Assembly (NCBI GenBank): GCA_028534125.1
Contig: CM052832.1
Coordinates: 11,286,001 to 11,350,000 of the forward strand
Direction of reading: 5' to 3'
DNA length: 64,000 nucleotides
From: Lama glama
Taxonomy: Eukaryota
Under the pieces are notes generated by a model. The model worked only from the letters and a program-made list of their open reading frames with translations, made no database searches and was not told the origin of the DNA. Made by a program: the position numbers and the translations under genes. Of the stretch, positions 39,527 through 52,622 are shown piece after piece (positions within the stretch are counted from its first letter, which is position 1; every line of letters begins with the position of its first letter).

Positions 39527-40054
39527 GCAATGGACTATTATTCAGCTATAAAAAAGAAGGAAATCCTGCCTTTTGTGACAACATGGATGGACCTTGAGAG
39601 CATTGTGCTAGGTGAAATAAGTCAGAGAAAGACAAATACTGTATATTCTCACTTATATGTGGAAACTGAAAAAACAAACCCATAGAAATAGAGAGTAGAA
39701 TAGTGGCTACCTGGGGCTGGGGGGTAGGAAAAATGAGATGTTGGCCAGAGTATAAACTTACAGTTATAAGATGAATAAGTTCTGGGGAATCTAATATACA
39801 GCACAATGACTATAGTTAACAGTACTATATTACATACTTTTAAGTTGTTAAGAGAGTAAATCTTAAATGTTATCACCACAAAAAAGTTAATCATTGGAGG
39901 CAAGGGATGTGTTGATGGATGTGTTAACTAAACTTATTGTAGTAATCATTTCACAATGTATACATGCATCAAATCATCACATTGTATGTTACATGTAATA
40001 TTATATTACATTATATGTCAATTATATCTCAGGAAAGCTGGGGAAAAAGAGACA

Positions 40055-40490
40055 TTAGGCAGAAACTAAGCAGTATTTGTATAGAGTTTGTAATAATATT
40101 TCAATATTGGTTCATAATTATGACCAATGTGCAATACTGGTGTAAGATATTAACAATAGGGGAAGCTAGGTGTAGGGTATATGTGAACTATACTCTCTGT
40201 ACTATCTTTGCAACTTTTCTGTAAATATAAAAAGATCAACTACATTGCCCCTTGAGCAATGTGGGGTTTGGGGCACCAATCCTCCTTGAAGCTGAAAATC
40301 GAAGTATAACTTTATAGTCAGCCCCCCAATCTGAGGTTCTGCATCTGAGGCGTCAACCGAGGATCGTGTAGTACTGTAGTACATATTTAGTGGAAAAATA
40401 TCCACTCATGAGTGGACCATACTGTTCAAATACTTATTGTTCAAGGGTCAATTGTAGTCTAAAATAAAAAATTTATTGAAATAAAAAAAG
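40055..40490 (+). mobile_element. L1MC-like 3' terminus, interrupted by MER8
   Basis: gtaagatattaacaataggggaagct...ctctgtactatctttgcaacttttctgtaaat...taaaataaaaatttattgaaataaaaaa. Confidence 0.75.
40243..40454. mobile_element. MER8-like Tigger MITE
   Basis: Terminal inverted repeats cattgccccttgagcaa / ttgttcaagggtcaattg, flanked by TA. Confidence 0.82.
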
Positions 40491-40728
40491 AAAATATTTA
40501 AGTTGAGTGAATCCCATTTGAGTTATAGGTCCTTTCTTAAAGAAAAGGATTGATGTGCTGAGACTCCTGGGTAAAAAAGGTAATTTCTAGCTACATAGCC
40601 ACATATATAGATATTTCTATAAATGTCTTTTCAGTAGTGTTGAATCAGATTGCTATTGGAATACCTGCCATTTAATACAAATGAATTTAGCCATTTTGGT
40701 ATTAAAAGTGTGCCATTTCTTTATGCAG

Positions 40729-40876
40729 TGTTCTGGCAGGTTACAATGGTACCATCTTTGCATATGGACAAACAAGCAGTGGTAAGACATTCACCATCAC
40801 AGGTGGGGCAGAACGCTACAGTGACAGAGGCATTATCCCAAGGACGCTGTCATACATTTTTGAGCAATTACAAAAG
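40729..40876 (+). CDS. KIF6: KIF6 internal coding exon (probable exon 4, 148 nt), kinesin P-loop
   Basis: Acceptor tttctttatgcAG and donor aag|GTatga. After 1 nt it reads [49 protein letters not shown], with kinesin motifs [16 protein letters not shown] and RGIIPR. Confidence 0.97.
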
Positions 40877-41399
40877 GTATGAAATCTGAAGTTCATTTTA
40901 TGTTTAATATATTCAGCATAAATTTACTGTGGGTGGAAAATTCATTGTGACATTTTATTATATTGTATCTAAATGGGGAAATACTGTGTAATAACTCTGG
41001 CCTTTACATTTAAGGAAAGTTTGGGATTTTACTGAAGCGGTGGAAATCAAGAAGATGCTTCTCATTAAAGGCATTTTGCTTCAGCAAAGGCTCAAAGGGA
41101 GTTCCTTCTGATACACTCATGGAGGTTAAAGAACAGATAATACATTTCACCAACTAATATCTGATATTACCCATTAAAAACTTGAAGAATGTCCTTTTGC
41201 CAAAATGGACCTTTATTTTAGCTACTAAGGCACTGAGTAGGATAATGTGGTTGTACCTTTTTCACACTTTTGATAGAAGCCCAGAGAAATTTACCATAGT
41301 AAAAATCCTATTGTAATTAATTTATTATAAGGAGAAATTCTCTATGTATATTATATACCTCATTTATTGTGTGGTTTCAAATACCCATTACCTTATCAG

Positions 41400-41570
41400 T
41401 ATTTAACACAACTAACAATATAGGGATCTTTATCCCCATTTTATAATTGGGAAAACTGAGTCCTGAGTTAAATACCTTTCTCCGGGTCCTTATAAGTTGC
41501 TGACCTGGAAGTCCATTCCAGGCTGTGTAATGCCAAACTGCTTTTTTTTACCACTACATACCCTGCCTCT
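41400..41570 (-). mobile_element. MIR SINE
   Basis: MIR core tatccccattttataattgggaaaactgagtc. Confidence 0.7.
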
Positions 41571-43389
41571 GTATCTCAGACTGGCTTTATTTTGTTGGTT
41601 GTGTTTGAACAAATTCTACATGAGTCACTTTGCTTCTCTGGATTTCAGTTCTCCCCTCTGTGAAAGTAGTGATTGAACTGTGCTAGAGGATTTCCAACAT
41701 TCCTACTAGTTTCAACAATTCTTTGGTTGTATTACTTTTGTGTAACGAATGTCCTAACTAGGTCAGTATAACAGTCTTTCCAAAATTTCTTGACTGTATG
41801 CTGCTTGCATTTTGAGCTGCAAAGATGAGAAGAAATTGCTGAGATCTGCATAACTCTAATTTCCACCCATAAAGTAGCAATTACCCATTAGTTCAGCTCA
41901 TCTCTCACTAGCCCAAACATGCCAGCTCTGCATGCCAGAAAATTTGGAAGAGAAAGGGTTGAGTATAGTGTATATGTTGGATCCGAATCCTTTCTTTTCA
42001 TTTACTCATTTATTTCTGACATCAACTGTTTTGTTTTGTTCCCTGATTTTGCAAATAAAATTTCTAATAGTTTTTGTTGCTGTGAGATCATTAAGTTGGT
42101 GCAGGGCGACCTGGTTCTGAGAAAGTGCACTGCTTATGTCATGCGGCTTTGGGCAGTTACTTAATGTCTCAGGCTTGTGGAGTTGCTGTGAGAGTTAAAT
42201 ATACTGTATATAAAGATATTGCCCAGTTCCTGGCAGATAGTAGATGCTTGAAACATGATAGTTACCATAGCCATTTATATATATATCATGCATATATATA
42301 TGCATGTGGCCAAATGATTCCTGACCAGTTTCAAAGAACCCTTTGAAACTCAGAACAAATGAAGCAAATTCCCCTGATTAAGTTAAACAGAATAAACACA
42401 TTCTTTTTAATAGAAAATATATTTGTCTCTTAAAATTTTGTCTGTGGTTATCAAAATACAGTTTTAAAAGTCTAAATGTCTCCCAAGGACCTACCATCTG
42501 TTGGGTTCATTGTTTTGTATCTGTTTGTTATTGACATTACTTTAAACCCCATCTCATTCTGAATGATTCTAAATAACTTCCTGGACTGGGAGAGCCCATT
42601 GGACCAATTTATAGCCAGGACAACTCCTTGTAAACACGATGGGGTGCAACACGTGCATTATAATCTAACTGAATTGTGGTGCAGCAAGTTAGAGGCAACT
42701 TGCCATTCTTCATAAAGTTTGTCCTCATTATATAGCTGAAAAATGCAGACAGGTACTCAGATGCCCCCAGCTGATTGCTTTAGAATGCTGTGTGGTGTGC
42801 TCCAGAATCCTTCAAGGAAACATTTGACTTATGCAAAGTATTTATTTCAAGATAAACTAAGAGCTAGTGCCTACTGGGTCCTAAAAATGCCTGTGAGTGT
42901 GACAGAAGCACATTTGCAAAGATTTTAAAGGAGGAAAATTGATTCCATTTATTTTAGAAATCACTGCTCATTATTTTTGAGTATTGCGAGATTCATACTT
43001 GTTTGGGGGCAGGAGAGAAGGCTGTCTGCAGGAAACATGTGTGTTACATTACAGTCTGGCAATCCTGAACAGTAAAAATGGAGTAATAAGGAAAGGTAGC
43101 TGCCACATAGCTCAGTGAATTTTAAGTGTGTGTTCCAATAAAAGCCCAGAAAATGCAGAAGCTGGAGGAGCCAAAGGCATTATCCCTATCATCTCAGGGC
43201 AATGGACTTGCCATTTGCCTGACTTTTTATTATTTCTTTTCGTTTCTAAAAAAAGAGAGTTTCTCCACAGCAGATGAACGTACAAGTTAGCTGTTCTTTT
43301 TGCTTTGCTTTTCCTTTCCTTTTACATTCACATTGTCTATGTGGTGACTTTTAGAAGTAATAACAAAAATAATAACAACAGCAATAAAA

Positions 43390-43620
43390 AACATGCAGCA
43401 GTAGTAGCAGCAATGATTCATTGGTGCCTATTAGCAGGCCACACATTTTTAGTAGGATTTAAAATACAGAACCTATTTCTCTGTGACAACAGTTCTGCAA
43501 GATAAGAGTTATTATCCCCAATTTCACGATTGAACAACTGAGGATAAGGATGCAGGATCACTCGGTTATAAAGGCAGATCCAGTATTCAAATCCAGTTTT
43601 GTCTGATGCTGAGATGAACT
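43390..43620 (-). mobile_element. MIR SINE
   Basis: gttattatccccaatttcacgattgaacaactgagg...ggcagatccagtattcaaatccag. Confidence 0.65.
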
Positions 43621-45385
43621 CATAAATGTATGCTAAAATCTCAAACCATCATCTATGGGATATTTCAGATAAATCTTAGAAATATGTTGTTTTAAACAGG
43701 ATCTCAAGATGTTGCTGAATGGTCCACTGTGAGCTTTAACTTGCCTGGAGAATCTTTCAGACACGCATAGTGTGTATGTTGCTCATGGAACACTTTTTTT
43801 CCACAAATATCTTAAGTAATATTTTAGGAAACACTGGATTAGACTAGAGACCACTCAGAGCCTGTCTGGTATTTGTAGTCCCTGATACCTGCACTAATCC
43901 AAGCTGCAACCCACCAAATTATGTTGATACGATGCTTTTACTAAAGGAGGATATTAACATAATTGATAGACGGATTGTCAGCGTGAGCTACCAAAGTCAC
44001 CCACATCAACAGGATTTCCAGCATTTGATTGGGAGAAACTGATTAGTAGAGATTCAGTCCATGCTGTCACGTTCACAGAACACCAGAACATGGAATTTCA
44101 GCTGTAGCTTCAGTGTTTTACTATAGTCATGTGCTGGCTGAGGGCTGCCTTAATTTTTCATGTGTTATTTCATTTTTATGAAATGATAGTATCTTTATTT
44201 GGATAGTCTGAGCCATTTTAGGACCAGAGAATCTTATTAATTTTGATTAATTTAAGGAGAATTAATTAATCTTAATCTGAAGAACACATAGGGACCCACT
44301 ATGCAACTTTCTCACTTTTAAAGGTGTAGAAACTAAGGCCTGACATGGTAGGGGCTCAGAGCTAGTAGGACTAGGAGTTCAGCCTTAGATTTGCAGGCTG
44401 CTGTTCTCTCCCCATCTCTGTGACTTGGTCCTCTCGTTTTTTGAATTAACACCTGTCAAATGGATTGTCTTGGATATGGGTGAGAATCCTTTCTGTGAAT
44501 ATCCATTATGACAATCTGCCTCCTTTCTCTTATGAGAAGCAGGACTATAATTTTGCAGAAATGGAAGCATTGATATTTTGGGAGAAACAAGAAGTGTTAT
44601 TATTTGATATTTTGTATTGAAAACTGAGCTTAGCATTTTCTCAAGGCTGGAAAAAAAATCCGTTTCATTCCATGTCAGAGGGAGTAGATCCTTTTTGTCT
44701 TTTATCCTAATTACCCTGATGCCTGTATCATTGCATTTCAGCAGTGACCCACAGAAAATACCTCTCCCTAACCAATAGCTGAATACCCCTAATTTGCCAC
44801 TTGGGCTAGGAAAGTTGCTAAGGTATAGGTAGTGAACTGTTAATGTCCACTCTTATTATTACCTGATTGATCTAAACTATTTCTGTTCCCTGGAATTCAC
44901 TTTTCATATCTATTTATTGTCTGTTATCTATTTGTTATTGGATATTTGAATGTTAGAAAAATTAAAAAGGAATTATGATTAAAGATGGACACTTTTTGCC
45001 ACTGAAGTTTTTAAACTGAAGTAACAATTCTGTGTTCTTTTTTTTCTTTCGGTCTGGAAAGTAAAAAATGGTGTGTTATACAGTTCTGCAACTAAGTTTG
45101 CTCATTTTAAGTGTATATTGATTTTTTATGTATAACGTGGAACCAATAAAAAATAACAGACTAAAGTTGCTTGAAATCATGGGTGTTGCCCTTTTTAAAA
45201 AAAAAAAGTTCATGCATATGGTAACTGGCAACTTGAAAGTGTCACGAACTGAAAATGTAAACCATACAAAGTGAGAGAGTAAAGGAGAGAAACTGTAAGG
45301 AAAGTAGTGATAAATGAGTTCATCTTTCTCTAAGCTGAATCGTTATTTATAGCCATTTAATAGTGTCTTTCTCTTTTCCAATCAG

Positions 45386-45495
45386 GACAGCAGCAAAATA
45401 TATACAACGCACATTTCCTATTTGGAAATCTACAATGAATGTGGTTATGATCTATTGGATCCAAGACATGAAGCCTCCACTTTGGAAGATTTGCC
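45386..45495 (+). CDS. KIF6: KIF6 internal coding exon (probable exon 5, 110 nt)
   Basis: Acceptor ctttctcttttccaatcAG and donor cc|GTgagt. Reads DSSKIYTTHISYLEIYNECGYDLLDPRHEASTLEDL(P), with the kinesin SYLEIYNE...DLL motif. Its phase 0 start matches the previous exon's end. Confidence 0.97.
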
Positions 45496-47994
45496 GTGAG
45501 TAGCAGAACAACAAAGAATAGGGGAAAATTACTTTCAGATGTTCCCTTCAATTGTTTTCTTTGAAACTTTGTATGTTTCTGGTCTCAATCATAATTAGCA
45601 AATTCTGGATAACAGAATCCTTTTGTAATATAATGGATTTTTTTTCAGTTATGACAAATAGACAGTAGTGATGGGAATGAAAATGCTTGAAACTCATTTC
45701 TTGAGACAGTCTCTTTTGGAGCTGGTACAAGAGAATGCAGTGGATGTCCTTGGAGAGTGGGTGCTGAGAGGATTGATGGGGTATGACAGTACGACTTACT
45801 CTCGCCACACAAAACCCTTCTGCTCCTCTAATTGTGGCCTTTCTCTGAAGAAGGTATTCAAATTAGGGTTCAAGCAGCAATAAGAGAATCTGAAAGAGAG
45901 AAAAATAAAACTTTGTTTCCCCCAAATTCTTCTCTACTATTTTTAAGACTAACATTGACACACACTTGGTCAGATTGGCACTGATTGTTTCATGACTGAA
46001 CTATAAATAGAGCCTTCAGAGCTTATCTAGTAATGGGTAACTTACTCTGCAAGCATTTATATAACATTTCTCTCTGTTTGTTTGAATGTTTGCCTAAATT
46101 AGACATATATTAACTGGTAACAATTCATATACTTTTGTCTAGTCATCTTCAGAATGTTGGTAAAGCCAATAAAATGTATTTTAATATTTTTTATTAAATA
46201 TTCTAAAATAATTTTAAAATACAGGTTAATCCTCTACCAAAAAGATCAACAACCAGTAGCTTATTTTAATTTGCAAAGGAAACAAGAAGAGATAATAAAG
46301 AAAATATGTGATACTCTTTACATGACCTTTATATGCATTCTTCCTTTAATGTTGATTAAAATTTTTACATATCACCTCATGGTAACAATACTTACTAGAG
46401 GGAGCTAGGAAAGGGAATTATTGTTAGCACCCTTAATATTTGTGTAAGAATTAGAAGAAAGGAAAGACTACTGACTCCTTGGAAGAAATTGGTTTTAACG
46501 AAACTATTGCAATTAGTTTTACAAAATGGTAAAGCTTTCCTCATAGAAAGGATAGAAACAACAACGCTAAAGACAGAAAGGCCATGTGTTGAGGAGTCAT
46601 GTGAAGTAAAAGCAGAAAGGCCACCTGAAGCCAGCTTTTGAGGGATTTGAATGACAGGCTTTTGGTGTGAGATTGATTTTTATTCTAATAGATTTCTTAA
46701 CTAGTTTTCTAGCCTCCAGTCTAATCTATATACCACTAGGCTAACTCTTACTTAAAATTATTTTTAACAAGTCACATCTACACCAAAGAGCTTGAAACCT
46801 GCTTAGTAATAATCCAGAAATGAAGGGCTTGGCTATGATGAACATGGAGGAGATAAATCAGAGATTTCTAGTGTCCTGTTAGGAAAGAGCCTTTAAGCCA
46901 CTTGAGAACAAGGACAGTGTCTTACTTCACTCTGTGTCTCTGCATTTCCTAGCATGCCTGGCATTTAGTAGTGGTTCTCAATGCTGGTCAGATAGTCTGT
47001 ATAGATGGTGCTAGTTTTCTGTCTTAAATTGTTTCTCCCTCTTTAGTAGCTTTGTCCTCTTGTTGGAGAATTTCACTGACTCAAGTCAGAAGTGCCCTCA
47101 GTCACGAAACAGATGTTTTCAATGAGCTACCACACACATACACATACAAAAGTGGTCTGAGAGATTTTCTTCACATTTTGGACTATAATTACATGACAAC
47201 AAATCTCATCAAAATAAAAATGAGAAGATTCTCATTAAGAAAGAAGATTCCCATATCCCAGTACTGTAGTCTGTTTACTTCAAAATATATTCAATACTTT
47301 AAAATTCCAAAACATCTCAAGAGCTGCATAGTCTTTTGGTGTGTGGATAATGGGATTTGACTTGTATAGAATCTGCTAGTTTTCTGGGGATTTTAGAGGA
47401 TTTGCCTTTTGCTAAGATTATAAAGTAATTCTTTATAATGGAATGTGACTTTGGCTGTACCTGGATTGGATTAAGGGCACTGGTAATCTGGTTTCACACA
47501 CTCTTGAGCTGGGACAGGCTCTAACTCTGAAATCCTGTCTGTCTGATTGGCTGGTTTCATTGTTGTGAGTGGGAATGTCCCCAAACTCTCTGAATACCAT
47601 CCAAAAATAGTAGGCAAAATGTCTGTTGACCTTGGTTCTCTCCTGCAGTCATCCATTTGAGAGATAATGACAGTGTACACTTTTGATCCCTTCCACATCC
47701 TTGTACTTGGCTTAACCACGTAAAATCGAATGCGAGGTCATTTTGATATTGCTCAGTATTAGCTGTCAGTAATAGGTTGCTAACCACTGAGCAACCCAGC
47801 TTCCCCCAAATGGTTTGGTGGATGCTCTTCTCACATGTATTCTGCCTTTTCTGTTTCTCTTCCTTTTACATTCTAATGAGTTCCATCTCTCTGCTCTTGC
47901 AGAAGCATTTGCCTGTAGACTACCTATGGACTTTGTATATATGCTGTCAGGGTACCAGACTAAAGTCAATAGCTTTTTGCAAATATTACTATAG

Positions 47995-49360
47995 TCACTT
48001 ATTTGGCAATGAGGTTTTAGATATAATATCAAAAGCATGATCTGTGAAAGAAAAAAACAGATAAGTTGAATTCATGAAAATTAAAAACTTGTACTTTCTG
48101 AAAGACACTGTCAATAGAATAAAAGGACAAGCCAGAAACTCAGAGAAAACATTTACCAAACACATATCTGATAAAAGACTTGTATCCAAAACCAAAGAAC
48201 TCTTACAAGTTAACAATAAGAAAACAGAAAACTCAGTTAAGAAATGAGAAAAAGTTCTGGGCAGACATCTTGCCAAAGAAGACATATAGAAGGTAAGTGA
48301 GCATGTGAAAAGATGCTCAGCATCATCTGTCATTGGTGAATTGCTAGTTAAAACAACAAGATGCAACTACACACCTATTAAAATGGCTAAAAAAAAAAAC
48401 ACACAAAAACTGGCAACACCAAATGCTGACAAGAATGTAGAGTGAATTCTCATTCATTGCTGGTGGGAATGCAAAATGGTGCAGCCCCTTTGGAAGACAG
48501 TTTCCAATTTCTTACAGAACTAAGCATAGTCTTACCATAAGATCCAGCAATCACATTCCTAGATATTTAACCAAATGACTGGAAAAAACCTACCCACAAA
48601 TGGATATAGCAGCCTATTCATAATTGCCAAAAACTGGAAGCAACCAAGATATCCCTCACCAGGCAATGGAAAACAAACTGTGGTACATCCATGCAGTGGA
48701 ATATTATTTGGCAATAAAAAGAAATGAGCTAATAAACCACAAAAGTATATAGAGAAACCTTAAATATGTATGCTAAGTACAAAAGCCAGTATGAAAAGAC
48801 TACATATTCTTTGATTCGAACTGTGTGACATTCTGGAAGAGGCAGAACTATAGGTACAGTGGAAAAATCAGTGGTTGCCAGTGGTTGCGGAAGGGTAAGG
48901 TAGATGGATGAATAGGTGAAGCACAGAGAATTTTTCTGAACAGTGAAACTGTTGTGTGTGATACTGTAGTGGTGGGTACATATCTTTATGCATTTGTTAA
49001 AACCTATAGAATTTACAACACACAGGGTGAACCCTAATGTAAACTATGGACCTTTAGTTGATAAAACAACAATAACAAAAAGGAATGAACTGTTGATACA
49101 CTTAGCAACTCAGATGAATCTCTAAGGAATTATGCTGAGGGAAAAAAACCAATCCCAAAAGTTTATATGCTATGTGATTTCATTCCTGTAGTGTTCATTA
49201 AGTGGCATAATTATAGAAGTAGATGGCAGATGAGTGGTTGACAGCAGTTGGGCAGGGAAACGAGGATGGTTATATGAGGGATGCTCATGGTGATGGACTC
49301 TTCTTTATCTTGACTGTGGCTGTTGATAGACAACTCTCAAAATGCATCAGACTAAACTCA

Positions 49361-49394
<34 letters not shown>

Positions 49395-49598
49395 AATGTA
49401 AGTAAAACCAGGACATCTGAATAAGATCAGTGGATTGTATCAATGCCAATTTCCTGGTTGTGATATTTTAATATTGTTTTACAAGCTGTTACCATTGGGA
49501 AAAACTGGGTAATGGGTACATGGGATCTCTCTGCATCATTTCTTACAGCTGCATGTAAATCTACACTTACCACAAAATTAGAATTTTAATATAAAAAG
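47995..49598 (+). mobile_element. L1MC-like ORF2 3' end plus long 3' UTR
   Basis: aaattaaaaacttgtactttctgaaagacactgt...gctggtgggaatgcaaaatggtgcagcc...gtgaaccctaatgtaaactatggac...gttaccattgggaaaaactgggtaatgggtacatgggatctctctg. Confidence 0.9.
49365..49391. repeat. (CA)n microsatellite within L1
   Basis: Read directly. Confidence 0.93.
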
Positions 49599-50107
49599 TA
49601 AGTGGCCATATTCTTATATTTAGACATACATGCATATACACACATATGTGTGTTAGAGCTATTCTGTAATTAGTAATTTAAATGAAAATAGAACTTCTAC
49701 TTTTGAAAGCCCCTTATGTCATATGATGTAAAGGGAATATAATTAGAATCTAAGTATGTCTTATGAAGTAAAACAGTATAACTGCTGGTCTTAACCATAG
49801 GGAAAATAGTCACCTACTTTAGTGTAATTTTAGTATTCCTAAATAGGGATGCATAGTCCATTTAAGGTTCCAAAGACAGTCATGGTTATTACTGTTAAAA
49901 AAAAAAAGTCAGTAAACTAGTGTCCAGTATTGAAATCTTGGCAATGTTGTGTTTTTTAAATAATTTGTCATCAAAGGAAAAAGTTGACAGACGTTAAATT
50001 TAATTCACCACATTTCTAGTATCTAGTGAATATAAAACACTGCTAAGTGCCACAGGAGTTAAAAAAAAAGTGTCTGACTTTATGGCTTACAGTCTTGTCA
50101 TGTGGGA

Positions 50108-50710
50108 TCACTCATGTATTCAGCAAACATTTGTTGAGATCCAACTTGGTTCCACACACTATGCTGGGCACCAAGTGTACTGACAGTCTTTGCTTTCCTG
50201 GAACTCACAGCACAGTGGATAAAAATAGTACAAAACAGTACAACGTGGAATATGAAAATCGTAAGAGAGGTGCAAAGAAGACAAGGGCTTAAAGGAGAAA
50301 GAAATCACAGCAGGTCAAGTGATCAGAAAAAGACTCATAGAGAAGGTGGTGCATGAAACAGTCCTTGAGGGAAGGGGTGGGAAGTGGGAAGGTGGAATGG
50401 GGCATTCATGTAGAAACAGAGATAGGGAAGTTGCAAAGCATAGAGCTTGTTCTGTGACAGTTAATAGACTTGTTCATCTGGAACCCAGCAAGGGAGCAAG
50501 TGAGAACATTCAAGACTGGAAAGGGTGTGGCAGGCCCTTGGAGATTTTTATTCAAGGACGTAGCATGACTGGAACTACATTTTAGGAAGAAAAATCAGTC
50601 ATGTAGTAAGACTGGAATGAGATGGGTGGATGTCAGAGAGAGCCCTGAGCATCGTGGGAAGTTACTTAGGGCGATTTATGTGGCAGTGGGAGTAAGGAGG
50701 GGCTAAATTG
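50108..50710 (-). mobile_element. L2 3' region, antisense
   Basis: tcactcatgtattcagcaaacatttgttgag...cactatgctgggcac...cattttaggaaga. Confidence 0.7.
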
Positions 50711-50725
50711 GAAGATGTCAAAATC

Positions 50726-50890
50726 CAGTGGCTGGAAATTTAACTATATATAAGAATCACCTAGATGATTGTTTGAAATGCAGGTTCCTGGCCTCCACCT
50801 CCAGAAAGTTCAAATATGATTGAATAAGCATCCCAGGTGCTTCTAATCCCTTCACTCACCCACCTAGGGAAAGTACATTTTAGAGATAAC
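50726..50890. mobile_element. MER5-like hAT MITE, degraded
   Basis: agaatcacctagatg...aaatgcaggttcctggcctccacctccaga. Confidence 0.55.
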
Positions 50891-52237
50891 AGGAAAATCT
50901 CTAAGGGAGTGGGAGTCATAATCTGTGTTTTATGGATGACTAAACTAAGGTTCACATAGACTGTGATATTTCCCCAAGATTCCATGTCTGCCGAGAGATA
51001 GACCAGGATATCAACTTTGGTCAGACATGAGAGCTGAGGGTGATGGTGCTCTTGCCTGGGCGAGTCCTGTTGTACCCTGGTTTTCCATCTAAGCTCTGAG
51101 CAGACTGTGGGTTTCTGGGCTTCTTCAGGTCCCCGGAGCCTTTTGTGTGAGTCAGAGCTTTGAATCCAGTGCAGCTCTGACTGTTGTGTGTCAGAAACTC
51201 TGCAAAGTTCTTTAAACTCACCTGGTCCTGACATCAAAGGGCTCTAGTCTAGTAGAACAGACTCATAAACTGATCATTTCAGTCTTAATTAGTAAGTGAT
51301 AAGATACCCTGGGTTGTTCAGGGCACAGGGAAGGACACTGATTTCAACCAGGGATTCAGAGGAGACTGGAGAAAAACGCCACCACGTTATGGACTCCAGC
51401 CTTAGCTGGGCCCTCAGTCTGCTAAGCAAGATCTTCATGTGCCCAGAGCTTTTTCTCTCATGCCTCACAACTATGACATCAAATGTCATTCTCTGTAGTC
51501 AAGTATTACATGCCCTAATTCTCTCCAAAGCCAGTTGTACCCTTACCTCAGAGAATATGGAAGCTGTCAAATGTGAATTCCCTTAGCTTCCTGTCTCCCA
51601 TCCTTTTTTCCCTGTCACCAACTTTCCTCTAGTCTCAGGAAGCTGTTCTTTTGAAAGCCAATCCTTCCACTTATGCTCTGGACACTCCTTGCATCTGTAC
51701 CAAATGCACTGGGTTTGGCCTACACATTTTACTTTTCAAATTTTTGAACTTAGTGCCTTTAGATGAAGCATGCTCTCTTTGGTTCTTACACCTACCTATT
51801 GCGTTACACTTTTCATTTGTGTTATTTTTCTGGCCCCATTTAGCATTCAAGGAGATTCTTATAAGCACAGATCTCAAAGTTAAAACTAACTCCAGCCTTT
51901 TCTTCAACCAAGTCAATTACTGACACAGCTGGGAGGCAACCTCTTGAAAAGCTGGGGGTGCTGTCCTGCAGGATGAACAAGTGATCAGTGACCAGTGATG
52001 GTCAGTCATACTCTTTATCTTTCGTGGGTTGAGCAGGGACTATGTTCCTAGAAGAATGGTACATTGCCAGTGACCGTGGTAGGGGGAATAGAGAGCCTTT
52101 CCAGCCTGAAAATGACATACTTCTACCCAAAGCCTGTCCCACTAGAGTAATAACAAGGAGGAAGCTGGTTTCCTCTATTCTGAATGTCCAGTTGAAAGAG
52201 ATCATTCTCAGTCTTAGAAATGTCTTAGATAGAAGGT

Positions 52238-52622
52238 TGTCTTGGTCAGCTTGGCTACCATGACAAAATACCATAGCCTAGGTGGCTTGAACAACAGACA
52301 CTTACTCATCACGGTTTTGGAGTCTGAGAAGCCCAAGATCAGGGTGCTGGCAGGTTTGATTCCTGATGAGAGCTTTCTTCCTAGCTGCCTTCTCTCTGTG
52401 CTCTCTCTTGATAGGGAGAGAGAGAGAGAGAGAGTGAGTTCTGATCTTTCTTCTTCTTCTTGTAAGGACACTAATCCCATCAAGGGAGCCCCACCCTCAT
52501 GACCTTATCTAAAGCCAGTTGTCTCCCAAAGGTCCACAATCCAAATGCCATCACACTGGGGATTCAGGTTTCAACATACGAATTTGTGGTGGCGGGGGGA
52601 TGCAAACATTCATTCCATTACA
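52238..52622 (-). mobile_element. MaLR solo LTR (MLT1A0-like), complete
   Basis: TG...CA ends with a degenerate 5-bp TSD aaggt/gaggt. Contains aaaataccatagcctaggtggcttgaacaacaga and taaggacactaatcccat...ccaccctcatgacct. Confidence 0.9.

Larger units (their letters stand above)
39045..40050 (+). mobile_element. L1MA9-like 3' end, interrupted by a Tigger MITE and a (TA)n tract
   Basis: gaattaccgtatgatctggcaatcccact...aaggaaatcctgccttttgtgacaacatggatggaccttgag...ttataagatgaataagttctgggg. Confidence 0.88.

Noticed and set aside
1..40728. Upstream KIF6 exons or a CpG-island promoter
   Set aside because: I found no match to the recalled N-terminal KIF6 peptide and no CpG island; they presumably lie upstream of the window.
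40650..40889. 79-aa ORF over exon 4, and minus-strand ORF 45357-45551 over exon 5
   Set aside because: Wrong-frame or antisense shadows of the true KIF6 exons.
50761..51237. 158-aa minus-strand ORF
   Set aside because: No recognisable homology, and it runs into a MER5-like element.
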